Shown here: in pieces, positions 9,226 to 18,672 of the stretch
How the letters are laid out: each line of letters opens with the position of its first letter
How positions within the stretch are numbered: the first letter of the stretch is position 1
Source: Candidatus Karelsulcia muelleri
Lineage (GTDB): Bacteria > Bacteroidota > Bacteroidia > Flavobacteriales > Blattabacteriaceae
DNA: 32,000 nucleotides
NCBI RefSeq assembly: GCF_016888765.1
Contig: NZ_CP069423.1
Coordinates: 1-32,000, forward strand
Reading direction: 5' to 3'
Notes under the pieces: model-generated
The model's input: only the letters and a program-made list of their open reading frames with translations
Database searches by the model: none
What the model was told of the DNA's origin: nothing
Made by a program: the position numbers and the translations under genes

Positions 9226-12200
9226 ATGGCCAAAATATTCAGAGAATACAATAAGTTAAAAATGTCTGAAATTTCAAACGAAATAAAAACATTTTGGGAA
9301 GAAAAAAAAATATTTAAAAAATGTTTCTCCAAAAATTATAAAAATAAGATTGTATTTTATGAGGGACCCCCATCAATAAATGGGAAACCAGGTTTACATC
9401 ATTTATTTTCTAGAACTATTAAAGATATATTCTGTAGATATTTTACATTAAACAATAATAAAGTAAGTAGAATAGCAGGTTGGGATACTCATGGCTTACC
9501 AGTAGAATTAGTAGTAGAAAAGAAAATGGGGATATCAAAACACGATATTAAAAAAAAAATTGGAATAAAAACATTTAATAAAAACTGTAAAAGTCTGGTA
9601 AACAAAAATGTTAAAACCTGGAATGAAATTAGTAATAAAATTGGGTATTGGTTAGACTTTAAAAATGCATATTTTACTTATGATACCAAATATATAGAAA
9701 CAGTATGGTGGTTATTAAAACAAATATATAATCAAAATAATCTTTATAAAGCTTTTAAAATTCAACCTTATTCCCCAATTGCAGGCACTGGTTTAAGTAC
9801 ACATGAATTAAATTATCCAGGCTGTTATAAAAACAGAACAGATACTGCAGTAATAGCTCAATTCAAAATTAAGAAAACCTTTGAGGATATTAAAGAGGAG
9901 ATATATATCTTATCATGGACGACTACACCTTGGACACTACCCGCTAATACAGCCTTAGCAATAGGCAGAAATATAGAATATGTTTTAATAAATACTTATA
10001 ATCCTTATACCTTAAAAAAAATAAATATAATTCTTTCTAAGAAAACGATATCTAAAACTTTAGATAGTCGCTTGTTTTTTAAAAGAAATAATAAAATTAC
10101 TTTATTTAAAAACAAGCAGAATAAAATTCCATATAGAATTATTAAAACCTTTAAAGGGAAAGTACTTTTGGATACCAAGTATGAGCAACTTATTACTTGG
10201 AAAAAACCTTATGAAGGTTGTGAAAAAGCTTTTAAAATCATAGCTGGAGATTTCGTAAGGCAATCAGAAGGAACAGGGGTTGTGCATATCGCACCTAGTT
10301 TTGGAGAAACAGATTTTGAATTGGCTAAAAACAAAAAAATTCCTATGATGATGATAAGGGGTAAAAACAATAATTTAATACCTTTAGTAGATAATAAAGG
10401 TAAATTTATAAAAAATTTACATCCACTATTTAGTGGAAAATTTATTAAAACAGAATATGAAAATAAGAAAGAAAAATCATTCTCAAAATCAAAATCAACC
10501 GATTTTAAAATAGCTTTATATTTAAAAAAAAAAGAGAAAATTTTTCTAATTGGCAAGCATATCCATTCTTATCCACATTGTTGGAGAACTAAAGCCCCAA
10601 TATTATATTATCCAATAAGTTCTTGGTTTATTAAAACCAGCAAATATAAAAACAAATTACTTAAATTAAATAAATTAATTAATTGGATACCAAGAAGTAC
10701 AGGTATTAAACGATTCGAAAATTGGTTAAAAAATTTAAAAGATTGGAATATCTCTAGAAGTAGATATTGGGGAATTCCATTACCAATTTGGCGCTCAACT
10801 GCAAAGAAAGAAGAAAAAATAATAGGCTCAATTGAAGAATTAATTAAGGAAATAGATAAATCAATTGTTGCTGGATATATGAAAACAAATCCATTTGAAG
10901 ATTTTATAATTGGGAATATGAAAAGAAAAAATTATTCCAAAATAGATCTTCATAAACAGACTTTAGATAAAGTTATCTTAGTCTCTAAAAACAAAATACC
11001 TCTTAAAAGAGAATCCGAAATTGTTGATGTTTGGTTTGATTCGGGGGCAATGCCTTATGCACAACTACATTACCCTTTTGAGAATAGAAAATTAATAGAA
11101 AATAAAATAAATTTTCCAGCTGACTTTATTTGTGAAGGTGTAGATCAGACTAGAGGTTGGTTTTTTACTTTGCATATTCTTTCTACTCTAATTTCAAATT
11201 CTATTGCGTTTAAAACGGCCATTTCCAATGGTTTAATTTTAGATAAATTAGGGAAAAAAATGTCGAAAACTCAGGGCAATACAATTAATCCAATAAAACT
11301 ATTAAAAAAATATGGTGCTGATCCGATCAGATGGTATCTAATCTCTAATTCTAACTCATGGGAAAATATTAAATTTGATGAAAAAGGAATAAAACAGGTA
11401 ACAAAAAAGTTTTTTGGTACTTTATTTAATTCATACTCTTTCTTTGCTTTATATGCAAATATAGATCAGTTTTTACCCAACGAAATGGAAATTAAAATAG
11501 AAAATCTAAATTTATTAGAAAAATGGATAATTTCTAAATTAAATACTTTAATAAAAGATATATCAAGCTATTATAAAAAATATAACATTTTTAAAGTAGC
11601 AAAAACAATAGAACAATTTGTAATTTTTGATTTAAGTAATTGGTATATTAGGCTTTCTAGAAGAAAATTCTGGAAAAATGATTATAATGAAGAGAAGATT
11701 AACGCTTATAAAACACTTTATACTTGTTTAATTACTATATTTAAAATATCTTCACCTATTGCACCATTTTTTATGGAAAAATTTTATAATAATCTCAATA
11801 TAAAAAAAACAGAACCTTATGAAAGTGTACATCTAGTTAAATTTCCTCTTTCTAAAACCAAATTAGTAGATAAATCTCTAGAAAAGAGCATGAAATTAGC
11901 ACAAAATATTACTTCCAAAATATTATTTCTTAGAAAAAAAAATAATATTAAAGTTCGACAAAAATTAACCAAAGCAATTATTCTACTTAAAAAAGAGTCT
12001 AATAAGATATTATTATATAAAGATATCTTAAATTTAATTAAAAATGAAGTTAATGTCAAACAAATAAAAATAAACCCAACTCTTAATAAGATAGCCACTC
12101 TGGATATAAAACCTAATTATAATTTCTTAGGACAAAGATATAAAAAAGATATTAATTTGCTTAAATCTTATATAAAAAAAAATAAGTTAGAAATAAAAGA

Positions 12201-12597
12201 AAACATAAATATAAATATAAAGAATAAAAAATTTAATATAACTATAAAAGACTTGATAATAGATTATCAACCCAAACACTTCTGGAAATTAAGTATTAAT
12301 CAAGATTTCATTGTTGGAATAGACTCACAACTCACGAAGAAATTAATTTTAGAAGGCTTATTAAGAGATTTAATCAAAGTAATTCAAAATTTGAGAAAGA
12401 AAAAAGGCTTTACTGTTACTCAGAGAATAGTCGTGTATCTTAACAGTGATGAGGATATGTTTTTAATAACTATAAAAACATATTCTAAATATATAAGCAC
12501 TGAGGCTTTAGTTAAAAAACTAATCTTAAATAAAAGAAAGATAAATTTCTATTGTTATGTAAATAACAAAACAGTTTCAATAGCAATTGAAAGGTAG
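9226..12597 (+). CDS. ileS: Isoleucyl-tRNA synthetase (long type-2 form)
   Basis: 1123-aa ORF with HIGH region PPSINGKPGLHHLFSRT and KMSKS as KKMSKTQGN. It also carries HYPHCWRT and WNISRSRYWG blocks. Confidence 0.95.
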   Translation: MAKIFREYNKLKMSEISNEIKTFWEEKKIFKKCFSKNYKNKIVFYEGPPSINGKPGLHHLFSRTIKDIFCRYFTLNNNKVSRIAGWDTHGLPVELVVEKKMGISKHDIKKKIGIKTFNKNCKSLVNKNVKTWNEISNKIGYWLDFKNAYFTYDTKYIETVWWLLKQIYNQNNLYKAFKIQPYSPIAGTGLSTHELNYPGCYKNRTDTAVIAQFKIKKTFEDIKEEIYILSWTTTPWTLPANTALAIGRNIEYVLINTYNPYTLKKINIILSKKTISKTLDSRLFFKRNNKITLFKNKQNKIPYRIIKTFKGKVLLDTKYEQLITWKKPYEGCEKAFKIIAGDFVRQSEGTGVVHIAPSFGETDFELAKNKKIPMMMIRGKNNNLIPLVDNKGKFIKNLHPLFSGKFIKTEYENKKEKSFSKSKSTDFKIALYLKKKEKIFLIGKHIHSYPHCWRTKAPILYYPISSWFIKTSKYKNKLLKLNKLINWIPRSTGIKRFENWLKNLKDWNISRSRYWGIPLPIWRSTAKKEEKIIGSIEELIKEIDKSIVAGYMKTNPFEDFIIGNMKRKNYSKIDLHKQTLDKVILVSKNKIPLKRESEIVDVWFDSGAMPYAQLHYPFENRKLIENKINFPADFICEGVDQTRGWFFTLHILSTLISNSIAFKTAISNGLILDKLGKKMSKTQGNTINPIKLLKKYGADPIRWYLISNSNSWENIKFDEKGIKQVTKKFFGTLFNSYSFFALYANIDQFLPNEMEIKIENLNLLEKWIISKLNTLIKDISSYYKKYNIFKVAKTIEQFVIFDLSNWYIRLSRRKFWKNDYNEEKINAYKTLYTCLITIFKISSPIAPFFMEKFYNNLNIKKTEPYESVHLVKFPLSKTKLVDKSLEKSMKLAQNITSKILFLRKKNNIKVRQKLTKAIILLKKESNKILLYKDILNLIKNEVNVKQIKINPTLNKIATLDIKPNYNFLGQRYKKDINLLKSYIKKNKLEIKENININIKNKKFNITIKDLIIDYQPKHFWKLSINQDFIVGIDSQLTKKLILEGLLRDLIKVIQNLRKKKGFTVTQRIVVYLNSDEDMFLITIKTYSKYISTEALVKKLILNKRKINFYCYVNNKTVSIAIER

Positions 12598-12598
12598 G

Positions 12599-12673
12599 CT
12601 CCTCAAGCTGGATTTGAACCAACGACACCCTGATTAACAGTCAGGTGCTCTAACCAAACTGAGCTACTGAGGA
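12599..12673 (-). tRNA. tRNA-Asn (GTT)
   Basis: The reverse complement folds as TCCTCAG TA GCTC AGTTTGGTTA GAGC A CCTGA CTGTTAA TCAGG GTGTC GTTGG TTCAAAT CCAGC TTGAGGA G. It begins 1 nt from the ileS stop, in convergent orientation. Confidence 0.9.
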
Positions 12674-12721
12674 AATCTTTAATTTAAAGATTAAATCTTA
12701 ATTTTTTTTACTTTCCTTTTT

Positions 12722-12907
12722 TTAAAATAGAAATATAAGTAGATTTAGGTAAAGAAAGATTTCTCAGTTGACGTAGTGTATTCCTCTTCTATTTATCTCA
12801 ATCTTTTTTCTCGATATAGTATTAGTATACTCTAATAATATATCCGTTAGTGTAGTTTTTCCATGATCAATATGAGCGAGAATACAAAAATTTAGAAGAA
12901 ATCTCAT
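12722..12907 (-). pseudogene. lepA: Relic of lepA (EF4 GTPase): N-terminal 47 codons plus a short out-of-ORF tail
   Basis: Hand translation of the minus strand 12907->12764 gives [47 protein letters not shown]. This contains the G1 motif [10 protein letters not shown] in the LepA-type context NF.IIAHIDHGKSTL.DRLL. After the TGA, the same frame reads EIFLYLNLLIFLF*, reminiscent of Y.LNLIDTPGH. Full-length LepA is about 600 aa. Confidence 0.6.
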
Positions 12908-12909
12908 AG

Positions 12910-12965
12910 TTTATTAAATAATATTTTCTTCATATTATTTATTAAATAATATTTTCTTCATATTA
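12910..12965. repeat. Perfect 28-bp tandem duplication spanning the holB stop codon
   Basis: tttattaaataatattttcttcatatta occurs at 12910-12937 and identically at 12938-12965. On the minus strand each copy reads ..atgaagaaaatattatttaataaa.. (MKKILFNK). Confidence 0.95.
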
Positions 12966-14002
12966 AAAGACAAATCTAAAAAATTAAATAAGAATAAATA
13001 ATATCTGTCAATACCTTTAATTACATCACTTATTAAGTGATTTATTATCCTGACTTTTTTAGTATTTATGTATCTACAAAATTGTTTCCAATTAAAATTT
13101 TTATAATAAAAAAATGGATTGATGTAATTTTTATCATATTTATATCGATGTGCAATTCTAAAAATCTCTAAGGAAAACAAAAGAAAACTTTTTTTTTTGT
13201 CCCTATTCCAGGAATTAATTTGGGACCCCCATCTCAAGAAGGAATCTATTTTATGTTTTAAATTGAATAACATTCTCATCCAAAATATAAAATTAAGATT
13301 TAAATTATTGTTTTTATTCTTTAAAATTTTAAAGATAGTATTAAGATTACCTGCTGAAATAGCAACTATAGTTTGTGCTTGTTTTTTATATAAATGAAAC
13401 TTTCTAATTAAATATTTTTCAATAATTTTATTAGAAATTAGTTTTAATTTTATTATAAGTAACCTAGATTTTAGAGTTGGTAAAATTAAGTTTTCATTTT
13501 CTCCAATAAATAAAAAAAACACTCGCTTTGGTGGAGAATCTAAAACATTTAATAATTTATTCCCTGCTTGAATAGTTAAGTGTTCTAACATCCAAAATAT
13601 TACAACCTTATGAGAAAGTTCATAAGATTTTAAATTTATCATTTTTAAAGCAGCTTCAACTTGCTCTAAGGAAATTTTGCAATCTTTATTTTCATAATGT
13701 ATTTTTTTTTTCCAATCTAATAAACTACCATAAGGTTGATTAACTAAAAAATTATGCCATTTATTATAAAAATAATTACTTTTCTGTTTAGGTAAATTCG
13801 GTAAAGGAAAAAGAAACTGTATATCTGGATGTGCTAACATATCAATTTTTAAAAGCTTTTTTAGAAATTTTATTCCTAATTTAAACTTTCCACAGCCTTC
13901 CGGGCCAAGAAGTAAAATACCCGTTGGCAATATATTAAATTTACAAAAATTATATAATTCAGCTTTTATTTTTTCGTGTTCAATCAAAGATTCAAGCTTC
14001 AT
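12935..14002 (-). CDS. holB: DNA polymerase III delta' subunit (clamp-loader AAA+ protein)
   Basis: 355-aa ORF with an N-terminal AAA+ P-loop-like GILLLGPEGCGKFKLG, followed by LNVLDSPPKRVFFLFIGEN..LILPTLKSR (the sensor/SRC region typical of delta'/gamma-tau family clamp-loader subunits). The size fits delta'. Confidence 0.65.
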   Translation of the reverse strand: MKLESLIEHEKIKAELYNFCKFNILPTGILLLGPEGCGKFKLGIKFLKKLLKIDMLAHPDIQFLFPLPNLPKQKSNYFYNKWHNFLVNQPYGSLLDWKKKIHYENKDCKISLEQVEAALKMINLKSYELSHKVVIFWMLEHLTIQAGNKLLNVLDSPPKRVFFLFIGENENLILPTLKSRLLIIKLKLISNKIIEKYLIRKFHLYKKQAQTIVAISAGNLNTIFKILKNKNNNLNLNFIFWMRMLFNLKHKIDSFLRWGSQINSWNRDKKKSFLLFSLEIFRIAHRYKYDKNYINPFFYYKNFNWKQFCRYINTKKVRIINHLISDVIKGIDRYYLFLFNFLDLSFNMKKILFNK

Positions 14003-14075
14003 ATTATTTAATATTAATTCTTAAGCTTAAGATTAAACTCAAAGTAGGCTATAAGCTATAGAAAATTATAAAAAT

Positions 14076-15683
14076 CTAATAGTTTTTTTGGAACGAAACT
14101 ATTTGATTAAATATTAAATTTTTACTACTACTTTCTTTATCAAGACAAAAATAACCACTTCGTATAAATTGATATTTATTTTCAGGTTTAGCATTTTTTA
14201 AATAAGGTTCAGCATAAGCTTTTGCTTTTATTTTTGAATTTTCATTAACATAATTCCTAAAATTTTTTACTTTGTTAGGAAATTTAATGTTAAATAATTT
14301 TCCATAGAAATTTATGTTAATAGGGAAAGAATATATTTTAGATACCCAATGTAAAGTGGCCTGCTTCTTTTTTTTCTTTTTGTATAATTGACACAATATA
14401 TATTTGATATTCCCATTATTATTTTTTATTATAGATTTAGCTGTTATTAGAAACGCAGATTTTAATCTTACTTTTTGACCAATCGATAAACGAAAAAAGT
14501 TATCTGTTTTAGTTTCTAAAAAGTCTTTGCTTTCTATATAGATTTCTCTAGAAAATGGAATTTTACGATATATATCAGAATTATGGTTGTTTTTTTCTAT
14601 TAACCATTTAGTTTTCTTAAAATTTTCTATTATTAAAGTGAGAGGATTAAATACGACCATTACCCTCTCAGCAATTTTATTTAAATGTTTCTTTAGATGA
14701 AATTCTAATAAAGAAATATCAATATTATTTTCTCTTTTGGAAATTCCTATTTCTTTTATAAAGTTACAAATAGATTTAGGAGTAAAACCTCTTCTTCGAA
14801 GCCCAGAAATGGTTGGTAATCTTGGGTCATCCCAATTATCCACCAGTTTGTTTTTAATTAAACTTTGTATTTTTTTTTTACTCATTAAAGAGTAATTTAA
14901 ATTTAATCTAGAATACTCATATTGTTTTGGCAAAATTACATTATTTTTATTTTTAATTTGAAGAATAAACCAGTTATATAATGGATTATTATGTTTAAAT
15001 TCTAACGTACATAAAGAATGTGAGATTTTTTCTAAATAATCATTTTGCCCATGTGCCCAATCATAAGTGGGATATATTACCCACTTATTTTTAGTTTTGT
15101 AGTGCTTTTTTTTTAGTATTCTATACATAATAGGATCTCTAAGTTTTAGATTAGGGGAGTTCATATCTATTTTAGCTCGTAAGACACATTCACCTTCGTT
15201 AAAAAAACCAGATTTCATTTTTTTAAATAATTTTATATTTTCCTTTTTTGACCTATTTCTAAAAGGACTTTTTATCCCAACTTCATAAGAAGTTTTTCTT
15301 TGTTCTTTAATTTCCTGTTTGTTTTGGCTATCTACATAAGCTTTGCCTTTTAAGATTAATTTCTTAGCTAGTTTATAAAGCTTCAAAAAATAATCGGATG
15401 CATAAGTTTCTTTAACCCACTTAAACCCTAGCCATTTTATATCTTTTTTAATTGCTTGAATGAATTTTGATTCTTCCTTAAGAGGATTAGTATCATCAAA
15501 ACGCAAGATAAAAGGACCTTTATATTTTTCAGCAAGGTAAAAATTTAGATATATTGATTTCACATGCCCTAAGTGTAAATACCCATTAGGTTCTGGAGGG
15601 AATCTAAATGATAAATTTTCCTTCGGGAACCCTTTTTTAATATCTTTCTCAATAATTTTTTCTAAAAAATTTTTTGGATGCAT
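14076..15683 (-). CDS. glnS: Glutaminyl-tRNA synthetase
   Basis: 535-aa ORF with FRFPPEPNGYLHLGHVKSI (HIGH) and LMSKKK (KMSKS-like). It has the PTYDWAHGQNDYLE block characteristic of GlnRS, as distinct from GluRS. Confidence 0.9.
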   Translation of the reverse strand: MHPKNFLEKIIEKDIKKGFPKENLSFRFPPEPNGYLHLGHVKSIYLNFYLAEKYKGPFILRFDDTNPLKEESKFIQAIKKDIKWLGFKWVKETYASDYFLKLYKLAKKLILKGKAYVDSQNKQEIKEQRKTSYEVGIKSPFRNRSKKENIKLFKKMKSGFFNEGECVLRAKIDMNSPNLKLRDPIMYRILKKKHYKTKNKWVIYPTYDWAHGQNDYLEKISHSLCTLEFKHNNPLYNWFILQIKNKNNVILPKQYEYSRLNLNYSLMSKKKIQSLIKNKLVDNWDDPRLPTISGLRRRGFTPKSICNFIKEIGISKRENNIDISLLEFHLKKHLNKIAERVMVVFNPLTLIIENFKKTKWLIEKNNHNSDIYRKIPFSREIYIESKDFLETKTDNFFRLSIGQKVRLKSAFLITAKSIIKNNNGNIKYILCQLYKKKKKKQATLHWVSKIYSFPININFYGKLFNIKFPNKVKNFRNYVNENSKIKAKAYAEPYLKNAKPENKYQFIRSGYFCLDKESSSKNLIFNQIVSFQKNY

Positions 15684-15686
15684 AGA

Positions 15687-17528
15687 TCACGATCTTATAT
15701 AGAATAATAAATTATTTAAATCTGAGTGAGAAATTCCACTAATTTTTAAAGCTTCACCAAGATTTTTAGGTTTAAAATTAAATAATTTTTCCCTTGCTTC
15801 TAGAGATAAAGATTTAATCTTATCGTAATTAAAATTTTTAGGAATTATTAAATTTTCTAATTTTAAAATTCTTTTAACATTTTCTTCTTCTTTTTTTAAA
15901 TAGACTTTATATTTGAGCAGAATAGAAAGTTTCTTTAAAATCTTATTAGATATTTTATTCTCTTTTATAAAGTTTTTAATTAATGAAATTTTTATTATAT
16001 CTTTAATTGTAAATTTTGTTGAAGATAAAAACTTAATAATTTTTATAGCCTTATTTTTAAAATAATTTGTTTTTATTTTTCTAGAATTAATTCGATTATT
16101 AAAAAATTGAATACAGAGATTAATTTTTTTGTTTTGATTTCTTAATTTATATATAATATTATTATAAATTAATCCTAATTTATAAGCTATAGGCATTAAT
16201 CTTTGATCGGCGTTATCTTGTCTTAATAAAATTCTATATTCTGCTAGTGAGGTAAACATTCTGTATGGTTCCTGAGTACCTTTATTTATTAAATCATCTA
16301 TTAAAACGCCAATATAGGCTTCATTTCTTTTTAAGATTAAAGGTTTTTTTTGAGTAATTTTTAAATGAGCATTTATGCCTGCAATTAAACCTTGTGCTGC
16401 GGCTTCTTCATATCCAGTAGTCCCATTAATTTGCCCTGCAAAAAAAAGGTTTTCAACTATTTTAGTTTCTAAATTTTGTTTTAATTGATTTGGATTGAAA
16501 TAATCATACTCGATTGCATATCCTGGTTTTAAAATTATTGCTTTTTCGAAACCAGGTATTTTTAATAAGGCTTTCTTTTGTATTTCGATTGGTAAAGATG
16601 TTGAGAATCCATTTATATACATTTCTATAGAATGGTTACCATCAGGTTCGACAAATATTTGATGCCTAGTTTTATTTGGAAATCTATATATTTTTTCCTC
16701 AATAGAAGGACAATATCTTGGACCTTTGCTTTTCACATTTCCATTATACAATGGAGAAAGGTGAATATTATTTCTAATTAATTCATGAAGTTTCTCATCG
16801 GTATAAGTAATATAACATTTATTTTGTTTTTTTGTTTTCTTCAAAAAAGAAAAAGCTTCAATTGGAAGATCTCCATTCTGAATTATCATTTTATTATAAT
16901 TTAATGATCTAGCATCTACTCTTGGGGAGGTACCAGTTTTAAGACGGCCAGAAACAAATCCAAGGTTTGTAAGCTTTTTAGTTAAGCCTAAAACTGCGGT
17001 TTCTGATAATCGCCCACCGTCTGTTTTTTTGTTTCCAATATGAATTCTACCATTTAGAAAGGTTCCAGCAGCTAAAATTACGGCCTTTCCAAATATATTT
17101 TTACCTACTAAAGATTTAACACCGAGTATTTTCTTATTACGAATTATCAAGTCAATTATAGTATCTTGAATAATAGATAAATTCCTAATTTTTTTTAAAG
17201 CAGATTTCCAATTTTTTAGAAATTTTCTTCTATCACATTGTGCTCTTGGACTCCACATTGCCGGACCTTTAGATTGGTTTAACATTCTAAATTGTATCAT
17301 ACTTCTGTCAGTTATAAGTCCTGATAGGCCACCTAACGCATTAATTTCCTTTATTATTTGCCCTTTTGCTATCCCACCAATAGCTGGATTGCAAGACATT
17401 TTAGCTATGTTATCTATCTCAGAAGTAATTAACAAGGTTTTAGAGCCTAATTTGGCCGATACAGCCGCAGCTTCGGATCCAGCATGTCCGGCTCCTACTA
17501 CAATTACATCAAAGCTGTTTGAGGACAT
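15687..17528 (-). CDS. mnmG: tRNA uridine-5-carboxymethylaminomethyl(34) synthesis enzyme MnmG (GidA)
   Basis: FAD-binding N-terminus [21 protein letters not shown], with conserved blocks throughout ([28 protein letters not shown]). The ORF is open to 17573, but the ATG at 17528 gives the canonical N-terminus. Confidence 0.95.
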   Translation of the reverse strand: MSSNSFDVIVVGAGHAGSEAAAVSAKLGSKTLLITSEIDNIAKMSCNPAIGGIAKGQIIKEINALGGLSGLITDRSMIQFRMLNQSKGPAMWSPRAQCDRRKFLKNWKSALKKIRNLSIIQDTIIDLIIRNKKILGVKSLVGKNIFGKAVILAAGTFLNGRIHIGNKKTDGGRLSETAVLGLTKKLTNLGFVSGRLKTGTSPRVDARSLNYNKMIIQNGDLPIEAFSFLKKTKKQNKCYITYTDEKLHELIRNNIHLSPLYNGNVKSKGPRYCPSIEEKIYRFPNKTRHQIFVEPDGNHSIEMYINGFSTSLPIEIQKKALLKIPGFEKAIILKPGYAIEYDYFNPNQLKQNLETKIVENLFFAGQINGTTGYEEAAAQGLIAGINAHLKITQKKPLILKRNEAYIGVLIDDLINKGTQEPYRMFTSLAEYRILLRQDNADQRLMPIAYKLGLIYNNIIYKLRNQNKKINLCIQFFNNRINSRKIKTNYFKNKAIKIIKFLSSTKFTIKDIIKISLIKNFIKENKISNKILKKLSILLKYKVYLKKEEENVKRILKLENLIIPKNFNYDKIKSLSLEAREKLFNFKPKNLGEALKISGISHSDLNNLLFYIRS

Positions 17529-17883
17529 ATTTTTCTTTTTCAGTAATTTGCTTATTATTATCTTCGTACCCAATTAAATGTAAGACTCCATGTATCATTA
17601 CTCTTTTTAATTCATCATAAAATTTTTTTTTAAAGACAATAGAGTTAAATTTTATCATCTCAATATTTATATAAATTTCTCCTACTTGTTTGCGATCAGT
17701 CTGTTTTAATGTGATAACATCAGTCCATTTGGTGTTTTTAAAAACAAAAAAATTTAGAGTAGAAATATATTTATTATTGCAAAAAATATAAATAATTTTT
17801 TTAAAATTACTTTTTTCATATCGTAATATTTTTTCTATTTTTTTTTTAAATGAAAAATTATAGTAAAAATAAAAAGATATCAT
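17509..17883 (-). CDS. ybeY: rRNA maturation endoribonuclease YbeY (short)
   Basis: 124-aa ORF ending with the YbeY metal-site region [13 protein letters not shown]. It overlaps the mnmG start by about 20 nt. Confidence 0.7.
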   Translation of the reverse strand: MISFYFYYNFSFKKKIEKILRYEKSNFKKIIYIFCNNKYISTLNFFVFKNTKWTDVITLKQTDRKQVGEIYINIEMIKFNSIVFKKKFYDELKRVMIHGVLHLIGYEDNNKQITEKEKYVLKQL

Positions 17884-17901
17884 CTCTCCCGTTTAAATAA
17901 A

Positions 17902-17972
17902 AGGTACTGAGCGGAATCGAACCACTGTTAAAGATTTTGCAGACCTTTACCTAACCACTCGGCCACAGTACC
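17902..17972 (-). tRNA. tRNA-Cys (GCA)
   Basis: The reverse complement is GGTACTG TG GCCGAGTGGTTAGGT A AAGGT CTGCAAA ATCTT TAACA GTGG TTCGATT CCGC T CAGTACC T. The acceptor stem is a perfect 7 bp and the anticodon loop is CT-GCA-AA. Confidence 0.85.
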
Positions 17973-18048
17973 AATAACAATAATATAATATTTCTTTTCT
18001 TGTTTCTAGATAGTAAATATTAGTAAATCTTGTAGTTAAATCTTGGAA

Positions 18049-18606
18049 ATGAAAAGAATAATTTTAAAAGTAGAAAAAAGAGTAATTGGAAATAAAAAAC
18101 ATATAAAAAGTTTCAGAGAATCTGGTTACACACCTTGCATAGTGTATGGGAAGAATAAAAACATTAAATTTGTTTTGGATTCTTATTTAGTAGAAAAAAT
18201 AATTAAAAATAACACATTAAGCAAATTTATAGTATCTATAAACAATGAAATCAATATTACTACTATATTAAAAGAAATCCAATATAACCCAATTACAGAA
18301 AAAATATTGCATTTAGATTTTTTTGAATTAAACCCTATAAAGTATATTACTTATGAAGTGCCTATTAAACCCATAGGAAAAGCAAAAGGAGTTTATAAAG
18401 GTGGGGAGTATATATCTAAAATACGAAACTTAAAAATTAAGGCTTTACCTAAGAATATGGTAGATCATATAGAGATTAATATTGAAAATTTAGATATAGG
18501 AGAAAATTATTATGTAAAAAATATACCTCAAAAAAAAATAGTAATATTACATGACTCTAATACAGTTATTTCTGCAATTAAACCGATTATTGAAACCTCT
18601 CAATAA
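18049..18606 (+). CDS. rplY: 50S ribosomal protein L25 (Ctc form)
   Basis: The ORF is open from TTG 18043, with the first ATG at 18049. The N-terminal pattern ...R...GNKK..K.FRESGYTPCIVYG matches L25. Its ~185 aa length matches the long Ctc-type L25. Confidence 0.8.
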   Translation: MKRIILKVEKRVIGNKKHIKSFRESGYTPCIVYGKNKNIKFVLDSYLVEKIIKNNTLSKFIVSINNEINITTILKEIQYNPITEKILHLDFFELNPIKYITYEVPIKPIGKAKGVYKGGEYISKIRNLKIKALPKNMVDHIEINIENLDIGENYYVKNIPQKKIVILHDSNTVISAIKPIIETSQ

Positions 18607-18672
18607 ATCAAGCCAAAATAATTGTACCTATATCTTCTTGTTTCAGAGTTTTAAAGTTAAAACAATTAAGTA

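Noticed and set aside
14003-14075. AAGCTTAAG and GCTATAAGCTATAG palindromic or direct motifs between glnS and holB as a terminator or operator.
   Set aside because: The stems are very short, no following T-run exists in the transcribed orientation, and the genes are co-oriented and probably co-transcribed.
17529-17573. N-terminal extensions in the ORF track: mnmG (+15 aa), frr (24078-24143, +22 aa), rplI (20625-20666, +14 aa), rpsA (4798-4851) and rplY (18043-18048).
   Set aside because: The internal ATGs reproduce the canonical family N-termini: the FAD motif for MnmG, MKILL.KEV for L9 and the RRF helix start for frr. The extensions overlap upstream genes and are most likely not translated.
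17509-17883. The YbeY metal site reads [11 protein letters not shown], so the third His of H-x3-H-x5-H is replaced by Asp. This could mean catalytic inactivation.
   Set aside because: Asp can also ligate zinc, and I cannot exclude that this substitution is normal for the phylum. It is not decidable without an alignment.
18011-18045. Three tandem-ish copies of TAGTAAAT(CTTG) upstream of rplY as a promoter or operator repeat.
   Set aside because: The repeat is short, AT-rich and imperfect (10, 12 and 13 nt). It does not match the Bacteroidota -33 TTTG / -7 TAnnTTTG consensus cleanly. It cannot be distinguished from low-complexity chance.
18648-18663. Hairpin GTTTTAA-AG-TTAAAAC between the convergent rplY and gltX as a bidirectional intrinsic terminator.
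   Set aside because: The stem is all A/T and the 2-nt loop is sterically too small. It has no G/C clamp and no U-tract. Rho is present and is the more likely terminator.
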